Source: Octopus sinensis
Lineage: Eukaryota
Assembly: GCF_006345805.1 (NCBI RefSeq)
Contig: NC_042999.1
Location: 102,238,001 to 102,302,000 of the forward strand
Direction of reading: 5' to 3'
Length of the DNA: 64,000 nucleotides
The first letter of the stretch is position 1, and each line of letters opens with the position of its first letter. The notes beneath the pieces were generated by a model that saw only the letters and a list, made by a program, of their open reading frames with translations, did no database searches and was not told where the DNA came from. A program made the position numbers and the translations under genes. Shown here piece after piece: positions 53,668 to 64,000 of the stretch.

Positions 53668-55735
53668 ATGTTCTTTTATTCTTTTATACATCTCAGATCA
53701 AATGCTGCGGCCATGGTAGGGAACCGCCAATATTATCATCTTTTCAATGGCCATTCTTGTATGATTAGCTTTGGGTGAAGGAGGGAGTTCGATATTACTG
53801 CCCTCCTTTGAGTTTTTTGGTGTAATGTAGGTTTCATCTGGGACCTTGTACTGCAGGTGGTCAAGTTGTTGCTTGAAAATATCCATATATCCCTGCTCCA
53901 TGTAGATCCCTCAGATATTTTGGTCGGATATTGAATAGCCGTGGGCCTTTGAAGCCCAAGCTATCGCAGTACATGGTTCTCACGCTAGATGGGATAGGTA
54001 TGTATGTATGTATGTATGTATGTATGTATGTATGTATGTATGTATGTATGTATGTAGTATGTATGTATGTATGTATGTATGTGTGTGTGTGTATGTATGT
54101 ATGTATGTTTGACACAGTGATGTGATGTCCAGTTTGGTGCCAAACCTTCAAGGATCTTCCTATATATATCACCACATATCTCTCTCGTCTTCGCTCCAGG
54201 GAGTAGAGTTGTAACTCTGTCAGTCTCTCTCAGTAGCTCAGCTGTTCAATTTAAGCAGTCTTCCTCGTGTAGCACCGCAGAACTGCCTCAAGTTCCGCTA
54301 TTAATTTGACATTGTGGGGTGACCACAGTTGAGCGCAGTAGTCCAGACAGGTAAGGACAAATGTAATCCATCGAACCAGCATAGTTTTCTGGTCCCTTGT
54401 TCTGAAATTTCTCGGAATCCATCTGGCCATCCGTCTACACATTGTTACAATATTGGTGATATGTACATGAAGCGGGGCGTTGTTGCTCATCTAAATCTCC
54501 AGATTATGCACTGTACTCGACCCTGGGATTGCCGCTCCTTTTCGTCTAAAGTATATTTCTTACGGTATGTTAAGGCAAGCTGTCTGAGAGCGGAGGCATT
54601 GGAATTTTACTGCAATAAATTGCACGTTTCTTTCTTAAACCCATTTATATATGGCATCTAGATCTTTCTGTAGAAGATTAGCATCGAAAAGATCAGCGAC
54701 TGCTTTGACTACTTTTGTGTCGTCGGCATAGCTAATAAATGTGGATGTTTGTGCAACTGTGGCCTGCCCGAAAGAGCTACCATAATCAGTAGCAGTCCCA
54801 TGACAAATCCTTGAGGAACTTCACTCGCTATTATTGTCTTCTTCGAGAGAGCCCCATTGGCTTCCACAGTCTGGCTCCTGTCTTTTAAGAAGACATGTAA
54901 CCACTCTCCATGTTTTCCGACTATGCCGAGTGGCTTGCGACATATCACTCTGCAATCAACCTTAGCAAAAGCATCCACGTTCGAGAGATTCATTAATAGT
55001 TTCAGCACCCATTTATAATGCTACAGAAGCTGTCTAAGGCAGCTTCTTCCAGTCCAGAAAGCATGTTGTGTATCAGGGAGCAAGCCATTATCTTCTAGGA
55101 ATGTGATCAGCTTCCAATTGACAGAGCGCTCCATGACATTGCTAACATGTGAGGTAAGAGAGGCAGGCCTATAACTTTTTGGCATCAGCTTTGCGACCTT
55201 CTTTATGGATAGGACATATACTTGTTTTTAACTTCCTCGTAAGCCTCCTATTTGTAAGGAAGCTTTGGAAGAGGATCTACAGTGGTCTAGCTAGAGCCCC
55301 TTTGCATAGGATTGCTGGAAATCCATCAGAGCCTGTGGTTGAGTTTAAGGTAATTTCATCAATGGCTGATATTACATCAGCTTCCTCTATTTCGATGTAA
55401 TCAATAATTGCCATCTCTCTGTATAGAACTGTGGTGTCGAAAAACCTATCTGACACAGCTATATGAAAGTGTCCCAACAGAGTTGTGAAAGCACTTCTGT
55501 ATTGCACATTCAGTATTTCGCTTCTCTTCTGGGGTCTGCAGTTAGTGAGCTATTTTGCTTGAACAGTGACCCTATCTTGTACCGTACTGAAGCAAACTCT
55601 TTTGCAAATCTGTAGAAGGCTTTAGGGCTTCTCTTTTTTTACAGACCTGGCTTCTTTTTTCTACCCTCTCCTTTTCATGGAAGTGTTTGAGTTCATTTTC
55701 AGTCTCAAGCAATGTCAAGAAATGAAAAGCTACAT
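53668..55735 (-). mobile_element. CR1-group LINE reverse transcriptase pseudogene to the 3' end
   Basis: GSDGFPA, YRPASLTSHVS.VMER, QHAF..GRSCL.QLL, VPQG, SYADDTK, LDYCAQLWSP, FKGPRLFN. Interrupted by (TATG)n at about 54000-54110. Confidence 0.93.
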
Positions 55736-55814
55736 TGAATAATGTTGTTCTGGATAATCTATCTTTTATCTTTTACTTGTTTCAGTCATTAGACTGCAGC
55801 CATGCTGAGAGAAC

Positions 55815-55850
<36 letters not shown>

Positions 55851-56603
55851 AAGAGAGAAAGAGAAAGAGCGAAAGAGAGGGAGGGGCAGAGAGAGATAGG
55901 GGGCGTTGTCGCTACTTTAGTGTGTGGTCTATCTGCTCTTCTACACTACGGCGTGCAATTTACACTAAAAGAACTTTATACGGCAAGATGATAAAAACAA
56001 GTTGAATAATATTGCATAATGATTTATTATTAATGACATACATAACTGATACAAACGATTTAAATTTAAATCCTTTAATGAAACACAGTACGTATATCAT
56101 GTAGGAGTGGCACAAACAAATCTGTCGTATCTTTTTTCATTACTTACCAGCAAATATGATCAAAGTATGACTGGAAAAGCTCACTACTAACCGTAACCCT
56201 TACCTTAGCCCTAAGCACAACCAATAAATTCATACCACGAAATGTCATAAAAACCAGCGGAAGTCTCAGGAGACATATCAGGTCATTTCACAAAGTAGAT
56301 TAAGAATAATGCGGTTGACCGTGCGCTAAAGTAGCATCGAGTTGTTGCCATTCAATAGTCACTAACTAAAAACCTTTATATGAAACTTCTCTAGTTATTC
56401 TATGATTTTACAGTGCACTTCGTTGATGTCAAATAGCCATGGATCAGATTGACTCCATATGACATTCTATTTTTAATAAATTTTAATTAATTCAAATTCC
56501 GGTGTTATCTTTCCTGCTTTTATTGATTAGAATTCATCATTAAGATAATTATTCCTGCACAATAAACGTATACTTTCAGTTAATTAATATTTCTCGGTTC
56601 ATT

Positions 56604-56770
56604 CTTAGCGGCATTTCGTCCATCTTTACGTTCTGAGTTCAAATTCCGCTGAGGTCATCTTTGCTTTTCATCCGCCCCGGGTCGATAGAATAAGTACCAG
56701 TTGAACACTGAGGTTGATGTAATAGATTTACTCCCTCGAAATTGTTGGCCTTGTGCCAAAATTTGGAACC
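56604..56770 (+). mobile_element. 5'-truncated SINE family A
   Basis: B-box gagttcaaattcc and core. Confidence 0.85.
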
Positions 56771-57711
56771 AATATTTCTCGGTTCGTTATATTGTGTATG
56801 TTCTAAAAGAACCTAGGCATATAAATTACAAGGGTTGTTTTCTTTTCTTTGCACGCTGTGTTGTGGCTCAGCTCCAGTGGAAGGAGTCTGTACAGAGAAA
56901 AAAAAAACTTCAGAGGCAGCAATGGCAATAACAATGACCACAAGATTTAGAACTACAGTAACAACAACAACGAAACGCTTTACGGCGATAACAACACGTA
57001 ATGACGATGACGACACCGATATTTGATGCTGCTGCTGATGATGATGATGACAGCGGCGGCGGTGACGACGATGATGGCGATAACGATAAGTATAGCATTA
57101 TTAAATTAAGAAACAACAACAATAACAACGAAAAAAAACAAACAAAAACAAACTAAAACTAAGACAAAATAAAAGCAGAGATAACTTTCAATATAGCCAA
57201 CAGAACTGCAATCGACCTCCCCCCCCCCAGCAACAACAACAATAACAAGAAACACAAAAACGGCAATAAATACCATAAAACAATACACGAAACAAGAGGA
57301 AAAATAAAGAGGGAAAAAGAAAAGATAGAAAACGTAGGTAAAAAAGAAGAACAAAAACAAAAAAACACAGTCCTTACACATTTTTTTTTTCCAATATGGC
57401 TTCATCGGTTCTGATCGCAAACATGAGAAGGAATATAATATTAAGTTAATGGTAAATAACTTATGGATAGCTAGATATATTTATATATTTCTTTTTGCTC
57501 CAAATGGTTAGATGTGCACTACAAAGAAAGGCTAAATACACATTTAGATGAATAATAGATAAATGACAAACGAAAATATACCCAGTTTACATTGACTAAA
57601 ACGAGGTCGAAGCTACGAATCTTAATGGTTTTCAACGACTTCGTTATTTTCATACGCTAACGATTACTAACGACACAAGTTTTTGAGTATGCGCTCGAGA
57701 TATATTTACTG

Positions 57712-57776
<65 letters not shown>

Positions 57777-57910
57777 GTATACATATATGTATGCATGTAT
57801 GTAAATGTGTGTATGCTTACATGCATATATATGTATATAAGTATATATACGCATACATACATGCATGCGTCTATATACATATATATATATATATATACAT
57901 GTATATGCAC

Positions 57911-57990
<80 letters not shown>

Positions 57991-58026
57991 GTCTGGTGTG
58001 TGTGTGCACATAATAGAGTGCAATAC

Positions 58027-58071
<45 letters not shown>

Positions 58072-58860
58072 ATATATATATACACATGCATATATATATA
58101 TTTATATGCACACATACATATATATAAACATATATATATATACACACATCCATACACACACACATATATATATACATACATATATATACTATATGTTTGT
58201 GTGTACGTGTACATGTATATATAAACTAGCGCATACATATATCTAAAAAGAAAGGAGTGAAAAAAAAAGAGCAGAAGACAGGAAGTGAAGAGATAGGGGA
58301 AGAAAAGACATTTTTTTTCCATATAGGTATAGCTATAGGCACACTTTAGAGCTATAAGTTGCAAGAGAAAGTACGCTATATAAATAACGTCCCTTTCGTT
58401 ATCTTTCAGTGCCTAAGGTTGAAGCTTTGTAATGGGGTTGCTCACAGAAACGTGTGTCGACTAATGGAAAGCAACTCTGTTCTATCCTTCCGCGAAAACC
58501 CTTTTTTTAATGCTTCGTGTAAAGAAGAGCGAAAATGTTCTGAAGGTTGATTCTTTGATGTAACTCTAGATGAAGTTAGTTTGTGGAAACTTCAAGGCCG
58601 AAGCAACATTCAGAGCAAATAGAGAGCCTAAGCATTTTTCTTTTCTGATTCTGATGTACTGGGTGTCTCAAAATGATGGGATACGGTTAATTTGTAGCAA
58701 TTGTACTTTATTCATAATAAATACTGTACTTGGTCCAGTCGTTATTTGCGTTTAAAATGTATTCCATCGTTATAGACAATCCCATTATTATAAGACACTC
58801 TGTGTCTTCTATAGGCACATATGTAATTATTTTCTAAACAGATTGCAGTTCGTATTCGAG

Positions 58861-58939
58861 GTTCTGATGAAGCTATAAGGTGTTATTCAGGTACTCAACC
58901 ATCAGTCCACTGCATCTTATAGCAGAAACAGATGTAAGC
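58861..58939 (+). ncRNA. Type I hammerhead ribozyme, intact core
   Basis: GTT-CTGATGA-a-GCTATAAGGTG...CATCTTATAGC-a-GAAA-CAGATG-TA/AGC. Confidence 0.82.
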
Positions 58940-58962
58940 AGATGAAATTCATAAGATAATTA

Positions 58963-59378
58963 GGCGTAGGACTGGCTGTGTGGTAAGTAGCTTGCTTACG
59001 AACCACATAGTTACGGGTTCAGTCCCACTGCGTGGCATCTTGAGCAAGTGTCTTCTACTCTAGCCTCGGGCCGACCAAAGCCTTGTGAGTGGATTTGGTA
59101 GACGGAAGCTGAAAGAAGCCCGTCGTATATATGTGTATATATGTGTATGTGTGTGTGTATATGTTTGTGTGTCTGTGTTTGTCCCCCCCCAACATCGCTT
59201 GACAACCGATACTGGTGAGTTTACGTCCCCGTAACTTAGCGGTTCGGCAAAAGCAACCAATAGAATAAGTACTAGGCTTACAAAGAATAAGTCCTGGGGT
59301 CGATTTGCTCGACTAAAAGGCGGTGCTCCAGCATGGCCACAGTCAAATGACTGAAACACGTAAAAGAGTAAAAGAGTA
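58963..59378 (+). mobile_element. SINE family B, full length
   Basis: tRNA-like head with A and B boxes, cttgagcaagtg CORE-like block, internal (TG)n, (taaaagag)n tail. Confidence 0.92.
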
Positions 59379-59979
59379 TTCCTTCGTCAATTCACTTTCT
59401 TATTTGGAAGAAACATGAAGAAAAAAACCGTAATGAATGAAAAGAAATCGGCAATCTTTCTCTGTAATTGTATTTCCATTTTCCATGTATTTTATATTAC
59501 TTCCGACCATTTTACACCAGTATATGAAAGAAATCGTGTTGCAAGCCAACAAGATATTTTCTATGCGGCTCCAGATCCGCTAGAAACAACAGCCAAACCG
59601 ACCCCTATTTCTTTTTTTTTTTTTTTTTTACAAAATGAAGGAGGCATTACTCGATGTATTTTATAGATATATAAAAAGCGGATATGAAATTCATTTGATC
59701 ATATCCTTTTTAAACATCAGAATGAGAAATTCGTATTCCTTATAGCTGATTTCTATTTTGGTATAACCCACCGTTCAACGAGTATATGGCATGGCAATGT
59801 GATGAAACGTTTACTTATTATCTAAGCAACTCACTAAAGAAGCAATGTTCTGATTAATAAATTAGCAATCAGCTTCTTTTCATTGTTCCTTTTTATGTTT
59901 GCTAGTAATGATTGATAAACCACACACAAAAATGCACAAAAAGCTATAATAGACGACGGTTATACAAATAAATTTACTT

Positions 59980-60180
59980 TCTAATTTTTGGTGCAAGGCC
60001 AGCAATTTCGAAGGGAAGTGCATGTCGATTACATCGACATTAGTACTTGACAGGTACTTTATTTTACAAGTACTTTACTTTATCGACCCCGAAAGAAGGA
60101 AAAGTAAAGTTGACTCAAAACGTAAAGCGCCAGAAGAAAGGTCACTAATCAAATTGTATGACGCTCTGCCAGCTCGCCTG
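59980..60180 (-). mobile_element. SINE family A (diverged)
   Basis: Reverse-complement core atcgaccccgaaag and head ctgccagctcgcc. Confidence 0.8.
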
Positions 60181-61004
60181 CAAGTAGACCAGAGAAAAAC
60201 ACAGCATCTAATTTATTGTTGAGTTTGGGAAACAATTAGCAACATTGTCTTAAGTAGCAGTACTCACTTCTTGACCAATCATCCATCATATTTTAATAAT
60301 TTGTAAAATGTATTGAATGACCCGTAGTGTCAGTTATTGCTTTAAGCGTATGAGAGGAATCAGCATCGTGCATGGAAACTACTTGTGTGATTTAGAGCTA
60401 TGCCAAGGTGATTTCAAGAAACTCTGTTGGATCAAGACTATAGTTATAAGGAATCTTATAGAGAAACAGTTAGTAGAACAGGGTCTTTACAGAAAACCCC
60501 TCACTGAAAGACAGGCAAGACGTCGGCAAGACGCAGGCAAGATGTAGGCAAGACGTACGCATGTAATAGCACCCCAGCTGTAACTTTCAAACTAAGCACC
60601 ACGAAATAGCATATGTTTGAAAACCTCTTACTTAGAGGAAGAGGTATAGTGTCCAGAGTCATTATAGTCCTTTCCAGATTACAGTCTCTCCCTGATTGGT
60701 GAAGTTGTCCATCTAGGGCTTCAACACATTGTATGTATTTGGAAAGTTCTAAAGATAATAACTGAAGGGCGGATTTAGGTAATGAGATACAAAAGGGATA
60801 ACGAGGGGAGCAGAGACGGGCGAATTCAAATGGATATAGATGAAGGTAGCTGTATACAACATTTTAGTTCATACAAGAGGCCGATGTTGTGATGGTCAGA
60901 GTTAGAGCGTGACGATACATTACATCTTTTCGCTGTCGCTCACATTATGGTAGTAAATGAAAGTTTGATAATATTAGAATGATTCTATTTGATATACTTT
61001 AGAA

Positions 61005-61341
61005 CAGAGATTCTCAACTGAAATTCATATAGCCCCTAAGGATCCATGGGAGTTCACACAACGAAATTAATTAGGAATCCAGAATTGTATTCTAAGGGAC
61101 CCTGAACAAATTTTGCTTTAGCTATATATATATTGGTATGTATTGCAAAAAACAGCAAAGCTTCTTTCTATAACATTTTACATAGCTTAACTTACACAAG
61201 TTAATGAGTGAAAAGCAAAATAGGAATTTTGAAAGAATTTTTTATAAAGCTAGTTTTTAAACATCGAATGTATATGGGGATCCACCAGAATAAAATACTA
61301 ATCAAAAGGGTCCATAGATAAAAAAGGGTTGAGTACCTCTG
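61005..61341. mobile_element. hAT MITE, same family as 32764, opposite orientation
   Basis: TIRs cagagattctcaac and gttgagtacctctg. Imperfect 8-bp TSD ctttagaa/ctctagat. Confidence 0.85.
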
Positions 61342-61520
61342 CTCTAGATAGTTTATCTGTAACAGCTGCTCCTCTCCAGATATGTACTTATGCTTTGTAT
61401 TGAGTTATTAACTGTGCAGAGTTGGAGTATTTTCTTGCCTCGAAAATAAGGTCAAGTCTTTGAGATACATTTATTAGGCTTACGATTTTTCTCTAGCTTT
61501 CTGTCTGTTACACACACACA

Positions 61521-61566
<46 letters not shown>

Positions 61567-62104
61567 TTGTCTTTCATCTTTTGCTTTCTTACAAATTGTG
61601 CATACAATTCATAGGATGTCTTTCCAAACTACGTCCTGGCATGCTTCTGCCTTTTCATCCATCACTTGATAATAAACGACTGATAGTTATTGTAACAAGT
61701 ATAGCTATATTTAAGCTACATGCAAACAAGCAATATTTGAACCAATACTGAAGTCCAACGATTGCCAACTAAATGAAATATTTCTTTGCTGTCAGTATTT
61801 GAATATATTTTGGACTGCTATTATTTATTAGAGCCAACAATTTACGGAAGACATTATATTACTATACATCTATGTGTGGCAATATATTTCTGTTGCATTT
61901 CATTTTCCGTGTAACCAATTTCATCTTTTGTATAACCCGTCGATCATCTATCATGTGACTTGCTGAATAAAGTTGGGCCAAATAACTTGTAAAAACAGTA
62001 GATTATAGAAAAAAAAACAAAAGTAACTTTCTGTTATTCAGCTCAGTAATGACTGACAATTTATTAGGACTGACTAACCTCGAGATTTTAATAATTATTA
62101 TTGA

Positions 62105-62501
62105 TTGAGAGAGCAGTGCATACCATCAAAGTGACACTGGGTTAAAATATACGAAGCCCAGTATACTTATCATAGCTACCCGTCTGATAAGGGTACACAA
62201 GGCACATGCACCACAACGATATGTGCGCGATACGTCGATCGCATATCAAGTTAAACAGCGCATGCCCTTGCAGATGGGGTTCAGTTAGGATTGTCTTCAG
62301 GTCGAGTAACCCATCCTGCTCAAAAGGTCCCTGAATAAAGTTTGTTTAAGGATGTTGAACGAAACACCAATGTTTCCAGAGGTGAATTATCCAAACCCCA
62401 AAGAATTCCTCTCAGCACATGGCTATGATACTCCCCTACTACAAGCAAATATTTTCTGTAGCCCATCTCTTATACCAAGGCAAAACACTGTATATGATAA
62501 C

Positions 62502-62503
<2 letters not shown>
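62105..62503 (-). repeat. Dispersed repeat family D with internal deletion
   Basis: Collinear with 45402-45842 and 39135-39338. Confidence 0.85.
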
Positions 62504-62545
<42 letters not shown>

Positions 62546-62557
62546 TTATTATTATTA

Positions 62558-62588
<31 letters not shown>

Positions 62589-62599
62589 CATTATTGCTG

Positions 62600-63780
62600 A
62601 ATCTTGTGGATGGCATTCGCAGATCTTTCGAGACCGGTGAGATGGATGCCGTTAACGTTCTGTTCAAGCTGTTGGAATACATATGCTGGGAGGGAATTCT
62701 AGAAGGCTGATGATCTGGGGAGAAAGAACTGGGAATTGTGGTTAGCGCAGGAGCTAGAGAAGTCTTTGAATACATGTGTCCTATCATAATGATTTCAGGA
62801 GAGACAAATGAGTTAGGAGTGCCTGAGTGGAAATAGCCCAAAACTGACCAGTTCTGAGAAGCAGAGGCCATTGTAGTTGTGGTTGAAAATGTAGATAGAA
62901 CATGCCTGTGGGCCAGAAGCTGGAGCATACAGTCATGGCCAAAAGTCTGCAAGATTTTTTTAAAGATTAAAATTGTTATGCTCAAGTCGAATTCGATTGG
63001 AATATATACAACTTATATATTTGGGCATTTAATATAAAAAAAAACCTAATTTTCAGACCTATGTTGCAAACTTTTGGTTAAGTAATAATATATCACAATT
63101 TAGATATGACTTTGAGCATTTAATATAAGAATTTCTAACTTGCAGAACTATGTTCCAAAATTTTGGCCACGACAGTATGGTTTAGAGTGTCTGTATGTTT
63201 CAGTGGCGGTATCGTTTCTGGTGTGTGAAGTACATTTCGTTGTATATTCCACATGGAATCTCCAAACCTCAAGCGGAACAAACACTGTAATTTTTGGAGA
63301 CTGAAATATGTTCTGGCCTGAGAGAAGGATCAGTTGTTGGGATGCATTCCTAGCTATGTTGAGTGTGGGACTTCCGCCTGAGAGAATTGAATGACTAAGG
63401 GTTCTAACTGCGTGAGGCTCGTATTAGTGGGAGTGGGATACGATAGTGTTTTCGTTAGGCGAGAAGTGCCGTTAAACTGAAACAAAATTGCTATATCCCC
63501 ATTGAAGGATGCTTTTGAGGTTTCGGTTCATGAAATCAAGCCAGAGTACATTTCATGTGTGTTGTCTAGGTTGTGAGTAGATGGAGCTAGGTTGAGATAG
63601 GTTAAGGAAGAATGAAAGAGTGTATCATCTGTGTAAGAATATGCATTCTTAAACGTAAAGGCAAGAATGGAAATTGTTAGACGAGTTTGTTAGGCAAGTG
63701 GGTCATTGATGTATAAAAGGAAGACGTGGATAACAAAATCGAACTTTGGGAGAACTCCAGAATTTATAGAACGTGGGACG
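62600..63780 (-). mobile_element. Decayed CR1/L2-group LINE RT and 3' end, interrupted by a MITE
   Basis: INSGVL....FLLYIND, YSYTDD, ILQWG..NFV, LQLLAHR, YNGLCFSEL, NSLPAYVF. Confidence 0.85.
62930..63175. mobile_element. Tc1-like MITE
   Basis: TA-cagtcatggccaaaa ... ttttggccacgacag-TA. Removing it rejoins the host LINE sequence. Confidence 0.85.
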
Positions 63781-63802
63781 AAAAAAAAATCTTCTTCAAC
63801 AT

Positions 63803-64000
63803 AGGTGCAGGCGTGACAGTGTGGTAAGAAGCTTGTTTCCCAACCACATGATTCCGGGTTCAGTCCATCTGCATGGCATCTTGGGCAAGCCAAGTCCTCG
63901 GGCCGACCAAATCCTTGTGAGTGGATTTGGTAGACGGATACTGAAAGAGGCCCCTTGTATATATATATTTATATATGTATGTATGGATTTTTGTGTATGT
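63803..64000 (+). mobile_element. SINE family B, runs to the window edge
   Basis: Head and core match the 58963 copy. Confidence 0.88.

Noticed and set aside
57650-58364. Long YI/CV/HT-repeat ORFs here and throughout the window
   Set aside because: Translations of (TA)n, (TG)n and (TATG)n tracts that lack stop codons.
60512-60557. 11-bp tandem repeat ggcaagacgta, 4 copies
   Set aside because: Real but an ordinary small minisatellite with no further structure.

Overview
Eukaryotic, AT-rich, microsatellite-saturated non-coding DNA. The tRNA-derived SINE families and (TA)n/(TATG)n/(TAA)n tracts suggest a cephalopod, probably Octopus (inference). I found no convincing host protein-coding exon, and almost all listed ORFs are microsatellite artefacts. 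The window is a mosaic of mobile-element debris: several SINE families, R4/Dong-type, CR1-group, RTE and Tx1 LINE fragments, a full-length decayed mariner, hAT/Tc1/Tc2 MITEs, Helitron and Helentron-derived elements, and Penelope-like elements (PLEs) with GIY-YIG endonuclease domains. The most notable signal is a set of at least 10 minimal type I hammerhead ribozymes (HHRs) from several unrelated sequence families, mostly in short units abutting (TA)n tracts. Two lie in the 3' end of GIY-YIG PLE copies and show compensatory base changes. Many have long loop II inserts and palindromic stem III, and one has a U3-A8 core variant. All structures were read by eye; no database search or folding program was run.
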